A DNA stretch of 41,142 nucleotides from Ruminococcus sp. Its GTDB lineage: Bacteria > Bacillota > Clostridia > Oscillospirales > Acutalibacteraceae. This document shows, piece after piece, positions 26,364-36,476 of this stretch (its first letter is position 1; the number at the start of each line of letters is the position of its first letter). The stretch lies in NCBI GenBank assembly GCA_017380355.1, contig JAFOED010000156.1, positions 1-41,142 of the forward strand, written 5' to 3'. Made by a program: the position numbers and the translations under genes. Under the pieces are notes generated by a model. The model saw only the letters and a list, made by a program, of their open reading frames with translations. It ran no database searches and was not told the DNA's origin.

Positions 26364-27110
26364 TTATCTTCGTGCGTTATTTATGAGTTCTAAAAGTGAG
26401 TTTGTTACTGTTTGCTTGTCGTTTTCACTGATATAAAAATGACCTGCGTCGTTAAAAACAGTTACATCTATATTGACTCTACCTCTAAGGTATTTTGTTG
26501 ACTTAACGGATACAAGTTCGTCGACTCTTCCAAAAAACGCTTTGCACGGTACGTTAATATTATCAACGCCTTTTCGACATTGATGAGACAGTTCAATAAG
26601 CTCGAGCCCGTGTGGAATCCACGCAATATACTCCCACATTTTTTTGGTTAGAGTAATGCTCGTGTCGTTTTTGCACATAACCTCGTGAGGGTTGTTCTTG
26701 TTTTCAATACCAAGACAAATTCGAAGAGAACGGAAGTTCATAACAGGCTTTACAAAAATCTGTAAAGGCGAGTTGAGTAGCAGTAGTCCGCGAATGTTGT
26801 TATATCTAGGGAGCGCGTCGATGCTGAGTAACGTTCCCATCGAGTAGCCTACTAAAATAACGCTGTCGTAACGCTCGCACAAATCGTCGAGCAGGTCTTT
26901 TACCTGATTCTTCCACTTCGTCATCGATGTTTTGGAGAAATCCTGTACCGAACCACCGTGACCATCAAGCAGGATATTATATACAGAAAAATCGTCAGGG
27001 ACAGCAGGAATCAGGTAGTCGAAATGGCGCGGTGTGCTTAAAATGCCGTGAATAAACAGCACTACGCCCTTTGCGTTATCGACTTCGCGGATATACGGTT
27101 TGTGGTCCAT
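26364..27110 (-). CDS. Alpha/beta hydrolase (carboxylesterase/monoacylglycerol lipase-like)
   Basis: FIHG, GHGGS, GYSMG nucleophile elbow, DELV, AGH. Confidence 0.85.
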   Translation of the reverse strand: MDHKPYIREVDNAKGVVLFIHGILSTPRHFDYLIPAVPDDFSVYNILLDGHGGSVQDFSKTSMTKWKNQVKDLLDDLCERYDSVILVGYSMGTLLSIDALPRYNNIRGLLLLNSPLQIFVKPVMNFRSLRICLGIENKNNPHEVMCKNDTSITLTKKMWEYIAWIPHGLELIELSHQCRKGVDNINVPCKAFFGRVDELVSVKSTKYLRGRVNIDVTVFNDAGHFYISENDKQTVTNSLLELINNARR

Positions 27111-27143
27111 TATGTCCCCTCCTTTCTGTAATTCTGGGGTTTA

Positions 27144-28100
27144 TCAGTTGAAAAAATCTACGATAGCTTTGTCGTATTTTTCTACGTTATTTATACGCAG
27201 ATGTGAGTGGCCGCCCTCACTAAACCACACAAGTTTTTTATCTTTTGCGTTACAGCTGTCAAAGAGCTTCTGGCTTTTCTTAGGTAAAGAGAACACATCT
27301 TTTTCACCGTATAAGAAGAGTATACGCTTGTCAGCAGGTACCTTCTTTATAGCACTTATCGGTGTATCCTTGTATACGTTTGTTCCTGTGTAGTGGTTGA
27401 TGTGTTTCATAACGAGGTCAAGCACAGGAAACAGCGGTCTATGATCGTATATCATATGGCGTTTGAAAGTCTCTCTGAATGTAACGAAACAGCCTTCGGT
27501 TACAAGACCTTTGTTGTAGCCAGGGCAATTCTCGTTAGAAAGTGCAAAAAGTGCAGATGAAGTACCGATACAGATACCGTGGTAGTAGACTTCCTTATTA
27601 CCGAATTCGTCGTGCATTAGCTGTGACCATTTTAGTACGTCCAAGCTCTCTTTTACACCGATAGTGTTGAATTGACCGTCGCTTTTTCCGTGGCATCGTG
27701 TGTCGATAACGAGCACGTTAAAGCCGGCTTCTTCGTACGGAGGTGCGAAAAAGTACGAGTACATAAGGCTTTCGCATCTGCCAGGGATGATGATAACACA
27801 TCTGTCCTTGTTGAAATCGTAGTACTCACCGAAAAGGCGGAATCCGTCGCTTCTTACCTGTACTTCGCGCATTTTGTCTTTGTGCTTATTTGCCCACTGA
27901 ACACCACTGTTCCACATAGCAACCTGCTCTTCGTTTTCAGGGGCGGAGCACTCGCGACTCCATTTTTCCTCGTCAGTACGCACGAGCATGGAAAAATACA
28001 CCTTTTTAGAAATCGGATAGGTGTACATAAACATCGCAACTAATCCGCCAAGCAGTAAAAATGCGACTACAGATATAACAATAATCCAGATTGGTTCCAT
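27144..28100 (-). CDS. Membrane-anchored alpha/beta hydrolase (YqkD-like) with Cys at the nucleophile position
   Basis: N-terminal TM, D.R.HGKSDG, HGICIG elbow, GEKD, GGH. Confidence 0.8.
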   Translation of the reverse strand: MEPIWIIVISVVAFLLLGGLVAMFMYTYPISKKVYFSMLVRTDEEKWSRECSAPENEEQVAMWNSGVQWANKHKDKMREVQVRSDGFRLFGEYYDFNKDRCVIIIPGRCESLMYSYFFAPPYEEAGFNVLVIDTRCHGKSDGQFNTIGVKESLDVLKWSQLMHDEFGNKEVYYHGICIGTSSALFALSNENCPGYNKGLVTEGCFVTFRETFKRHMIYDHRPLFPVLDLVMKHINHYTGTNVYKDTPISAIKKVPADKRILFLYGEKDVFSLPKKSQKLFDSCNAKDKKLVWFSEGGHSHLRINNVEKYDKAIVDFFN

Positions 28101-28272
28101 ATTATCCTCCGAGAAATAGTCTTTTGATAAATATTATGTACTAAATATATCGTTATGTAAAGTGAAAATTAGTATTTTGTCGAAAAAAGTGGTCATATAT
28201 CTTGTTAAAAAACATAAAATATGATATTATCTAAGGTGATTAATTTTAATTATAAGACAGAAAGGTGATAAA

Positions 28273-29220
28273 ATGTCAGATTTTGTTATTATTCCTGATT
28301 CAACATCCGATTTTACCGCTGATTTGAGAGAGCGTTTTGGTGTTCCTGAGGTAATTAAAGGTCTTATTTACTTTCCTGATGGTCACACAGAGGCAGCAGA
28401 CCTTGATTGGGAAAAGTACACTCCAGAAGAATACTATAAATCAATGACTGATAAAACTAGTCTGTACACTACAGCTACTGCCCACGCAGGTGATATTAAG
28501 GATACATTCGAGAAGTACTTAAAAGAGGGAAAGGACATCATTACAGTGTCTCTTTCGGCTGCTTTATCTGGTACAAACGCTTTAAACGAAATGGTAAAGA
28601 AAGAACTTCTTGAAAAATATCCTGACAGAAAAATCTTCTGTGTGGATACAAATGGTTACTCTGCAGCTATCGCACTTCTTATCATTGGAGCTTGTGAGCT
28701 TAAAGCACAGGGCGCGACAGTGGAAGAAGTTGCTAAGTATTTCGAGGATAATAAGTTTAAAGTTCATCAGATGGGTACTATGGATGACCTGTTCTTCCTT
28801 GTAAAGAAAGGTAGAATTTCAAACTTCAAGGCGTTTTTTGGCTCACTCATCGGCATCAATACCGTAGCAGATTTCAACCGCGGTGGTTTACCACAGGTGC
28901 TCCATAAGTTCAAGGGTAAAAAAGACGCGTTTGCTGCTGTTGTTGAGTATATCAAAGAGACAATTATTGACGCTGAAAATCAGATCATCATCGTCGCTCA
29001 CACAAACCGTTTTGCTGCAGCACAGAAACTCGCTGAAATAGTTAAGGCTGAGTTGAACCCTAAAGAAATTATTATTAAGGACGTGGGTATGTCTTGCGGT
29101 GCGAATATCGGTCCTGGCTTATGTGCGGCTTACTACTTTGGCAAAGAACTCACTGAAGATATGGTATATGAAGAAAAGCTTATGCAGGAGATTGCAGAAA
29201 ATCTTAAAAAGAAAGGGTAA
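28273..29220 (+). CDS. DegV/FakB fatty-acid-binding protein
   Basis: DSTSD, SLSAALSGT, L.K.GRIS, H, GANIGPG. Confidence 0.9.
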   Translation: MSDFVIIPDSTSDFTADLRERFGVPEVIKGLIYFPDGHTEAADLDWEKYTPEEYYKSMTDKTSLYTTATAHAGDIKDTFEKYLKEGKDIITVSLSAALSGTNALNEMVKKELLEKYPDRKIFCVDTNGYSAAIALLIIGACELKAQGATVEEVAKYFEDNKFKVHQMGTMDDLFFLVKKGRISNFKAFFGSLIGINTVADFNRGGLPQVLHKFKGKKDAFAAVVEYIKETIIDAENQIIIVAHTNRFAAAQKLAEIVKAELNPKEIIIKDVGMSCGANIGPGLCAAYYFGKELTEDMVYEEKLMQEIAENLKKKG

Positions 29221-29227
29221 GTGAAAT

Positions 29228-30115
29228 ATGAGGGGTTTTGTTATTTTTGCGGACTCTACCTGTGATTTGGGTAAGGATTTAAGAGATAAATACAACATCG
29301 ACTATGTACCTATGAATTATGTAGTTGATGACGAGGAATATGTTGCTTCTCTTGACTGGGAATCACACTCAGCAAAAGAGTTTTACGACATTATGCGTGG
29401 TGGCAAGAGAGTTTTCACAACTCAGGTGCCTAAAAATCGCTATATCGAGAGGTTTACAGAAGCTATAGAACAGGGCAAGGATGTGCTCTATATTGGTTGT
29501 TCTTCTGCTCTTTCAGGTTCTGTTAATACTGCAAAGATTGTAGCAAAAGAGCTTTTAGAAAAATATCCACAGGCAAAAATCTTTTGTATCGATTCTTTAT
29601 GTAGCTCTCTCGGTCAGGGACATCTCGCGATTGTAGCGTCAAATATGCGAAGTGAAGGCAAGTCTATTGACGAAACTGCTCAGTTCATCGAGAGCATCAA
29701 GCTTAAGATGAATCAGCGTGGTACAGTTGAGTCAATGAACTACTTAGCAAGAGCCGGAAGAATAAAAGCGTCGAAAGCGTTTTTTGGTAATCTCTTCGGT
29801 GTAAAACCACTCATCATTTCTGATAGAATCGGTCAGAATTACGCGTACAAAAAGGTTAAGGGTATGAATAATGCTCGCTTGGCAATCGCACAGGATATTA
29901 AAGACGCAGCCGACGGAGTGTATGATATGCTTTATATCTCCCACGCTGATTGCGAAGAAGAAGCAAACAAAATCAAGGATGCGGTTTTGAGTGTCGCTCC
30001 TTTTAAAGAAGTATATATGAACACTATCGCGCCTATAGTAGGTGCGTCTGTTGGTCCTGGTACAGTAATTGCGTACTGTTACGGCAAAGAAGTTACGATA
30101 GAAGGTAAAGAGTAA
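29228..30115 (+). CDS. DegV/FakB fatty-acid-binding protein
   Basis: DSTCDL, TTQ, SSALSGS, L.RAGRI, VKP, SHAD, GASVGPG. Confidence 0.92.
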   Translation: MRGFVIFADSTCDLGKDLRDKYNIDYVPMNYVVDDEEYVASLDWESHSAKEFYDIMRGGKRVFTTQVPKNRYIERFTEAIEQGKDVLYIGCSSALSGSVNTAKIVAKELLEKYPQAKIFCIDSLCSSLGQGHLAIVASNMRSEGKSIDETAQFIESIKLKMNQRGTVESMNYLARAGRIKASKAFFGNLFGVKPLIISDRIGQNYAYKKVKGMNNARLAIAQDIKDAADGVYDMLYISHADCEEEANKIKDAVLSVAPFKEVYMNTIAPIVGASVGPGTVIAYCYGKEVTIEGKE

Positions 30116-30116
30116 T

Positions 30117-31757
30117 ATGCAACAGCGTTTAAATGGTATCGAACTGCATAAGTTATTTGAAAACGGATACCGTAATTTAAAGAAAAATATTGACGTAATT
30201 AACGATCTGAACGTTTTTCCTGTACCTGATGGTGACACAGGAACAAATATGGTGAAAACTTTCGGCGGTGGTTTCCACGCGGTTGAAGAAAACGTAGAAC
30301 ACGTAGGTACATATATGCAGGCGCTTGCGTCAGCTGTACTTTTCTCAGCACGTGGTAATTCGGGCATTTTCTTTTCACAGTTCGTGTACGGACTTTATCG
30401 TGGTTTAGCGGATAAAGATACAGTAGCTTTCTGTGACTTTGCGTACGCTTTCGAGTGTGCAAAAGAGGATGCGTACAAGGCGACAGTTGTGCCTACAGAG
30501 GGTACAATTCTAACTCTTATCAGAGAAGCGTCAGAATTTTTAGCTGAAAATAAGGACAAGTACGATGATTTAGAGAGCGGTTTCGAGGCTCTTCTTAATC
30601 AGATGAAGATTACACTAAAGAAGACTACCGAGATGCTCCCTGTACTCAAGGAAGCAGGCGTTGTCGACAGCGGTGCAGCAGGTCTTGTGTGCTTTGTAGA
30701 GGGTATCTACGCTTATCTGTGCGGAAAATCTATCGAAGACACTCCTGAAATTATGGATTCTATGTCTTCACCTGCTATTAATCTCAGTGGTTTTGACGCT
30801 GACACAAAGCTCGAGTACGGATACTGTACCGAGTTTGTGCTTCAGCTTATGAACTATAAAACTGATACACAGAATTTCGACCTGAATGCTTTTACAAAGC
30901 CACTTGAGAGTATGGGCGATTCAATCGCGACAGTCCACAACGGCACTGTCGTTAAGGTGCATATCCATACTTTTGCTCCTGAAAAGGTGCTCGAATACGG
31001 CAGAAGTTTCGGTGAATTCATCTCGGTGAAAATCGAGAATATGTCTATTCAGCACAGCGAAACAAAGGTTGAGGAAAAAAAGAAAGAAAAGGTTAAGTAC
31101 GCTATTATCAGCGTTGCATCCGGTGAGGGTATTATCGAGTATTTCTACAGCATCGGTGCTAATGCAGTAATCGACGGAGGTCAGACTAATAACCCTTCTG
31201 TCGACGCATTTATCGAGGCTTTCGATAAATTTGATGCTGAACACATCATAGTGCTTCCTAACAACAGCAATATCGTACTGACTGCACAGCAGGCAGCACA
31301 GCTTTATGAGGGTGTTGACGTACGAGTTATTCCTACAAAATCTGTTGTCGAGGGCTACTCTGCACTTTCAATGATGAATTTATGGCTTGATACTGTTGAG
31401 GAAGTAATAGATGAAATGAGTAGCGGTCTTGATAGTGTTACTACTGCTTATGTAACAACAGCTATCAGAGACGCCGACCTTGATGGAGTTGAAGCTAAAA
31501 AAGGAGAGTACATCGGCCTTAACAAGAAAACTCTTATGGTAACAGGTGATGATAAAATCGAAGTTGCTTGTGACCTTATTAAGAAGATTACTGACGAAGT
31601 CGAAAAAGAGGTTATCATCGTATTTTACGGCAAAGACGTAACAGATGAAGACGCTCAGACTCTTCAGGAAAAATTAACAGAGGAATATCCTTTCTGCGAT
31701 ATCGGACTTATCGACGGTAAGCAGGATGTTTACGATTTCATTATTTCACTTGAATAA
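30117..31757 (+). CDS. fakA: Fatty acid kinase ATP-binding subunit (DAK2-domain, FakA/YloV-like)
   Basis: INDLNVFPVPDGDTGTNM, ARGNSG, EGTILT, VVDSG, YGYCTEF, KVHIH, GGQTNNPS, LPNNSN. Confidence 0.92.
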   Translation: MQQRLNGIELHKLFENGYRNLKKNIDVINDLNVFPVPDGDTGTNMVKTFGGGFHAVEENVEHVGTYMQALASAVLFSARGNSGIFFSQFVYGLYRGLADKDTVAFCDFAYAFECAKEDAYKATVVPTEGTILTLIREASEFLAENKDKYDDLESGFEALLNQMKITLKKTTEMLPVLKEAGVVDSGAAGLVCFVEGIYAYLCGKSIEDTPEIMDSMSSPAINLSGFDADTKLEYGYCTEFVLQLMNYKTDTQNFDLNAFTKPLESMGDSIATVHNGTVVKVHIHTFAPEKVLEYGRSFGEFISVKIENMSIQHSETKVEEKKKEKVKYAIISVASGEGIIEYFYSIGANAVIDGGQTNNPSVDAFIEAFDKFDAEHIIVLPNNSNIVLTAQQAAQLYEGVDVRVIPTKSVVEGYSALSMMNLWLDTVEEVIDEMSSGLDSVTTAYVTTAIRDADLDGVEAKKGEYIGLNKKTLMVTGDDKIEVACDLIKKITDEVEKEVIIVFYGKDVTDEDAQTLQEKLTEEYPFCDIGLIDGKQDVYDFIISLE

Positions 31758-31766
31758 GGGATTTTT

Positions 31767-32747
31767 ATGAGAAAAATTGTTATTGATATTTACGGCGCTG
31801 ACGCAGGTGCGTTGGTCGTTGTGAATGGTGTTATAAAAGCTATAAAAGAGGGTATTGATTTCTTCCCGGTTATGGTGGGCGAGAAAGCGCTTATCGACGG
31901 ATTGATGGCTGAAAACGGCATTGAAAATGACCGTTATGAGGTTGTTGATACCGATAAGTTTATTACTACTCACGACCCTGCTAACTGTATTTTCGGCGGT
32001 TGTGATGACACTTCTATGGCTATGGGTTTTGAAAGACTCAAATCAGATGACGAGTGCTGTGCGATGCTTTCAGCAGGTAACACAGGTGCACTTTTAGTCG
32101 GTTCCATCTGTCGCCTGGGTTTAGTAAGCGGTGTCAGATTTCCTGCTTTAGGCAGTGCTATGCCGTGTTTAAAGGACAGACTCATCTGTTTAGTTGACTG
32201 TGGTTCTAACACCGATTGCACAGCTTCTGACTTAGAGCGTTACGCGGTTATGGGTAACATTTTCTCAAAAGCTTTCTGCTGTATAGAAAATCCTAGAGTC
32301 GGACTTATGTCTGTCGGCAGAGAAAAAGAAAAGGGCAGTAAGCTTATTTACGAAGCATTTGAGAAAATTTCGGCACTTCCTATTAATTTTATCGGAAATT
32401 TAGAGGGTAGTGACGTCGTTTCCGGCTACGCTGATGTTATCGTCAGCGATGGTTTTTCAGGAAACGTGCTGTTAAAGTGCACCGAAGCTGTCGGTAAGGC
32501 TGCTATGGACGTTGTTAAGGAAGTAGCTTGTGATAACCCTGAGATAGTCGCAAAAATCAACGAAGAATTGTTTAAGCGTTTTGACCTTAACTCACAGGGT
32601 GCGGCAGTTTTTCTCGGCCCTAAGAAAACTGTAGTTAAAATGCACGGCTGTGCGAATGAAGACACAGCGGTTGCGTCTATCAAGCAGATTATTAAGCTCG
32701 AAGACGGCGACTTCTGTAATCAGATGGCACAGGCTTTTACAAAGTAA
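31767..32747 (+). CDS. plsX: PlsX-like phosphate:acyl-ACP acyltransferase (divergent)
   Basis: SAGNTGA, DCGSN, PRVGL, EKEKG, NFIGNLEG, DGFSGNVLLK, KMHG. The N-terminal DAMGGD motif is altered to DIYGAD. Confidence 0.8.
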   Translation: MRKIVIDIYGADAGALVVVNGVIKAIKEGIDFFPVMVGEKALIDGLMAENGIENDRYEVVDTDKFITTHDPANCIFGGCDDTSMAMGFERLKSDDECCAMLSAGNTGALLVGSICRLGLVSGVRFPALGSAMPCLKDRLICLVDCGSNTDCTASDLERYAVMGNIFSKAFCCIENPRVGLMSVGREKEKGSKLIYEAFEKISALPINFIGNLEGSDVVSGYADVIVSDGFSGNVLLKCTEAVGKAAMDVVKEVACDNPEIVAKINEELFKRFDLNSQGAAVFLGPKKTVVKMHGCANEDTAVASIKQIIKLEDGDFCNQMAQAFTK

Positions 32748-32763
32748 AATAACGTAAAATAAA

Positions 32764-32797
32764 AAAGACAAACATTCAAATGAGAATGTTTGTCTTT
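32764..32797. terminator. Bidirectional terminator
   Basis: AAAGACAAACATTC-aaatga-GAATGTTTGTCTTT. Confidence 0.75.
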
Positions 32798-32811
32798 ATG
32801 TCTTTATAATA

Positions 32812-33834
32812 TTACTCTTTTGTACGTGATGCGATGTAGATGAATTTATGTAAGAAGAAGCGTAGAGGAATGCCTACGATAAAGCAGATGTTGAACGCTA
32901 TAAACAGCGGACAGCTTTCCCATGCGAACATAAACAGCATACACCCGAGCGTATAGAAGAAGTAGTGGATTACCATATATATTAGGGTGTTGAGATAATC
33001 GGTATATCTTGTTTTTCTGAATACCCAGAATTTGTTAATCAGAGTGTTTATAAGAAGTGTGAGTGCTGTCACACTAGGTAAAGTGATACCGAGATATTTG
33101 TATCCCAGCGTAAATGACAGCGCAAGCACGAGTAACTCGCTTATGAAAAACGCGATAAATGTACCGCGTGCGAGATAAAACAGACTGCGATAAATCCTCA
33201 CTGTATCAGCGACAGGGTTAAAGTGTGATGATTGGTTATTGTCGAGGTATATAGCCTCAATCTCGAGTGTTGTAATTCTTACGCCTTTTTTAGCGGCGTA
33301 GTAGAGTACGTTCATCTCGTAGTCGTAGTTGTTTTTCTCAACCTCTATAAGCCAGTCGATATGAGAACATGAGAAACCTCGAAGACCCGACTGGTTGTCA
33401 GGGAGGTATCTGTTAGTAAGCAGAGCATACACGAAACGAGAAAGGTTGTTTCCGACTTTTGAACGAAGTGGAATATCCTTTCTGCGGTTGCGTACAGTCA
33501 GCACGAAGCGGTGTCCGTTGTTTAACATATCACTTACGCGTTTAACATCAGCAGGCGTGTGCTGGCCGTCAGCGTCGCAAGTGATAAAGTTATCAGCATC
33601 ACTCATATTATTGCGGATATATCTCATACCTGTTTTGAGTGCTGCGCCCTTACCTCTATTCTTTTTGTGGGTAACTACAGTAGCCATTTCCTCAACCTGT
33701 AAGAAAACATCTCTGTAGTCGTTACCGCTGCCGTCATCAACCACTAAAACCGCAAAGTCCATAGAGCGAAGCTCTTTTACAAGCTCTATGAGGTGGTTAT
33801 CGGGCTCATACGCGGGAATTAATACAACATCCAT
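32812..33834 (-). CDS. GT2 glycosyltransferase fused to a GtrA-like 4-TM domain
   Basis: IPAYEP, VDDGS, NRGKG.ALK.G, DADGQH, DNQSGLR; four C-terminal TMs with NKFWVF. Confidence 0.88.
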   Translation of the reverse strand: MDVVLIPAYEPDNHLIELVKELRSMDFAVLVVDDGSGNDYRDVFLQVEEMATVVTHKKNRGKGAALKTGMRYIRNNMSDADNFITCDADGQHTPADVKRVSDMLNNGHRFVLTVRNRRKDIPLRSKVGNNLSRFVYALLTNRYLPDNQSGLRGFSCSHIDWLIEVEKNNYDYEMNVLYYAAKKGVRITTLEIEAIYLDNNQSSHFNPVADTVRIYRSLFYLARGTFIAFFISELLVLALSFTLGYKYLGITLPSVTALTLLINTLINKFWVFRKTRYTDYLNTLIYMVIHYFFYTLGCMLFMFAWESCPLFIAFNICFIVGIPLRFFLHKFIYIASRTKE

Positions 33835-33846
33835 CCAAAACCCTCA

Positions 33847-34806
33847 TTAATTGTTTGTACTTTTTAAAAGGAAGTCGTTGATAGCTTCCATTAACTTATC
33901 GTTAGCGCTGCCGTCATCGTCAAAAAGCAAGTCTGTGTGACCGTTGTGATTTTCCTGTCTGCAGATGTAATACTCGACGTTATCGCTGCTTATTTCATCG
34001 CTGTGGGATATAATCGAAAACTTGTCCATAGGGACTGTTTCGTCGTTATCACCGTGAACGATTAAGACTGGCACGTCACTTTCGCTTATCTCTTCGTCAG
34101 CGCTTACGTTTGCTGTGTCAGCACCGAAAAGCATACTCTGGTACAGCCACAAAAATCCGTAATTCGCATATGCAAAGTTTCCGACGTACTGCGTGGAAGA
34201 CCCCATAATACCTTCCATCGCGCTGTTTACTCCGCTCACGGATACGACGGCAGAAACGTCGTAATCATACTGTAGAGCACAGCACACGGCATATCCGCCA
34301 CGGCTGTGACCTAATAATACTATATCATTATAACCGAAACGGTTATTATTTTCAATATATTTTAGTGTAGCGTCCATATCAAGCAGAATCTGTGGAAATC
34401 CTACAGCACTTTCGCCCTGTGACTCACAGCTTCCGGTAGAGTCAAACGCAAACACAGACCATCCGTAATCGCACAGACTTTTTATCTGCCAAAGGTAGTC
34501 GTCTGCACCTGCGTGAAAACCCGGAGCAAGTACTACAAGAGCGTCTTTTTTGTCTTTTTCGCTACTTTCATAGAGATAGCCACGAAGAAGGTTTTCTTCT
34601 CCCTCGTAGTCGAAAGTTTGTCTGTTGTTTTGCATATCAGAAAGTTTTGCAGATACGCTGACATCGCTATCGTATCGGACAAAAATACTGTCATAAATGA
34701 CTTTGGTCGCTATCATACTTATAAAAGAGAAAGCAAGTAGTATAGAGATAATAATGATCGATATCCTTTTTATAATTTTTCGTTTGTTTGTCATTATTAT
34801 CACCAT
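33847..34806 (-). CDS. Membrane-anchored alpha/beta hydrolase
   Basis: N-terminal TM, G..ES.G, GHSRGG elbow, HGDND, NGH. Confidence 0.85.
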   Translation of the reverse strand: MVIIMTNKRKIIKRISIIIISILLAFSFISMIATKVIYDSIFVRYDSDVSVSAKLSDMQNNRQTFDYEGEENLLRGYLYESSEKDKKDALVVLAPGFHAGADDYLWQIKSLCDYGWSVFAFDSTGSCESQGESAVGFPQILLDMDATLKYIENNNRFGYNDIVLLGHSRGGYAVCCALQYDYDVSAVVSVSGVNSAMEGIMGSSTQYVGNFAYANYGFLWLYQSMLFGADTANVSADEEISESDVPVLIVHGDNDETVPMDKFSIISHSDEISSDNVEYYICRQENHNGHTDLLFDDDGSANDKLMEAINDFLLKSTNN

Positions 34807-34838
34807 TTTCTTATAAATTATTTCAAAGGAGCATAACT

Positions 34839-35813
34839 ATGCGCTACACCCCAAGTTTTACTTTCAGCGTTATAGAAGAATCACGTTTTGAATGTGAAAT
34901 CGAAAACATAACAGAAAAGCTAAATGAATGTAAAGAAGAAGGTTTTTTCACGTCTTTTGACGGCACAAAAATCTTCTACGAGTACTTCATGTGCGAAAAC
35001 GCAAAAGCTAATGTTGTTATTGTGCACGGATTAAGCGAGTTTACGAAGAAGTACTACGAATTTGCAACATATATTTTGAATCAGGGGTACAATGTGTTTT
35101 TGTACGACCAGAGATGTCACGGCTTGTCTGATAGATTGACATCAGACAAAGACGTAATCCATGTAAAAAGTTACAGGGATTACTCTAAAGACCTTGAGTG
35201 GTATATAGATAATATCGTCTTAAAAGCTGAGAAAAAACCGATTTATATCTACTCCCATTCGATGGGTGGTGGCGTAGCGGCTACTTATCTCACGAAAGAT
35301 TACTGCAAAGCTGAAAAGGCTGTACTATCTGCGCCGCTTTTGGAACCTTATGTCGGAAATGTCCCTGTATGGTTTGCTAAAAGTGGTATAAAGCTTTTGT
35401 CCCTTGTAGTAGGAAGTCATAAAATATTCAGCGGTTCACGCGAGTTTAACCCTGAATATAAATTTGAAAACTCTGATGATGAGAGCTACTCGCGCTTTCG
35501 CTACAATATGGACCTGCGTATAAATAACGAAAACTATCAGACGACTCCTATGTCGCTTGGATGGGTAAACGCTACACTCGGAAATAGCCTTTATATAAAG
35601 CGTCAGCGTAATATCGACAAGATAAAAATCCCGGTGCTTCTGATTTCTGCTGAAAATGACAGAGCTGTGCGTACACCGCCACACTACGTTTTTGATAGTA
35701 TGTGCAATATGTGTACACTTAAAGTTATGAAAGATGCAAAACACGCGATGCTTACATCTACAAACGATATAATTTCACAGCACGTGAATGCGGTAATTGA
35801 CTTTTTTAAATAA
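34839..35813 (+). CDS. Lysophospholipase L2 / monoacylglycerol lipase-like hydrolase
   Basis: VHGLSE...KY.E, DQRCHGLS, HSMGG, D..V, AKH. Start at ATG 34839 behind AAGGAG. Confidence 0.87.
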   Translation: MRYTPSFTFSVIEESRFECEIENITEKLNECKEEGFFTSFDGTKIFYEYFMCENAKANVVIVHGLSEFTKKYYEFATYILNQGYNVFLYDQRCHGLSDRLTSDKDVIHVKSYRDYSKDLEWYIDNIVLKAEKKPIYIYSHSMGGGVAATYLTKDYCKAEKAVLSAPLLEPYVGNVPVWFAKSGIKLLSLVVGSHKIFSGSREFNPEYKFENSDDESYSRFRYNMDLRINNENYQTTPMSLGWVNATLGNSLYIKRQRNIDKIKIPVLLISAENDRAVRTPPHYVFDSMCNMCTLKVMKDAKHAMLTSTNDIISQHVNAVIDFFK

Positions 35814-35846
35814 GCGAATACTTTTTGCTTAAAGGAGGTGACCTTT

Positions 35847-36425
35847 GTGGTCTTTTCAATCGGATTTATAGAAGAATACGGAGCTGATGATTTTGAGAGA
35901 GCATATGAAAACTTATCTGCTAGCCGAAAAGCCCGAGTTGACCGATATAAAAGGGAAGACGACAGGAAAAGGTCGCTTCTCGGAGAAATCCTGCTCAAGA
36001 ATCTACTAAATGATCACTTTAACTGTGACGCTGTACTCGAAACAGCAGACAACGGCAGACCATTTTTAAAGGATTCTTCGCTTTGTGTCAGCATCGCACA
36101 CTCGGACGGTTTAGTTGTTGCTGTGGTACACGATGCACCTGTCGGAATTGATGTAGAGAAGGTAAAGGAAGTGTCACTTTCTTTAATCGAGCGCGTGTGC
36201 GTAGAGAACGAAAAACGTTTTGTTTGTGGCGATAAAAGTTTTAACAAGGGCGAGAAAATCACAAATACTCAGGTGTTGAAGCGATTTTTCACCGTTTGGA
36301 CGGGAAAAGAAGCGTACTTTAAAAAAATCGGTACGGGTATCACTGACTTAAAGTCGGTGGATATTTTCACTCTTAATCGTGAAGTTCATTTTATGGATGA
36401 TTATGTGATACAAATAGTGAAATAA
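35847..36425 (+). CDS. Sfp-type 4'-phosphopantetheinyl transferase
   Basis: GRP, SIAHS, VGIDVE, WTGKEAYFK..G.G. GTG 35847 chosen because it follows AAGGAGG. Confidence 0.9.
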   Translation: MVFSIGFIEEYGADDFERAYENLSASRKARVDRYKREDDRKRSLLGEILLKNLLNDHFNCDAVLETADNGRPFLKDSSLCVSIAHSDGLVVAVVHDAPVGIDVEKVKEVSLSLIERVCVENEKRFVCGDKSFNKGEKITNTQVLKRFFTVWTGKEAYFKKIGTGITDLKSVDIFTLNREVHFMDDYVIQIVK

Positions 36426-36429
36426 AAAA

Positions 36430-36454
36430 GACGGGTTTACACCCGTCATTTTTT
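36430..36454. terminator. Bidirectional terminator
   Basis: GACGGGT-ttac-ACCCGTC with flanking A and T tracts. Confidence 0.7.
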
Positions 36455-36476
36455 ATACCTTAACACAACAGGTGTG

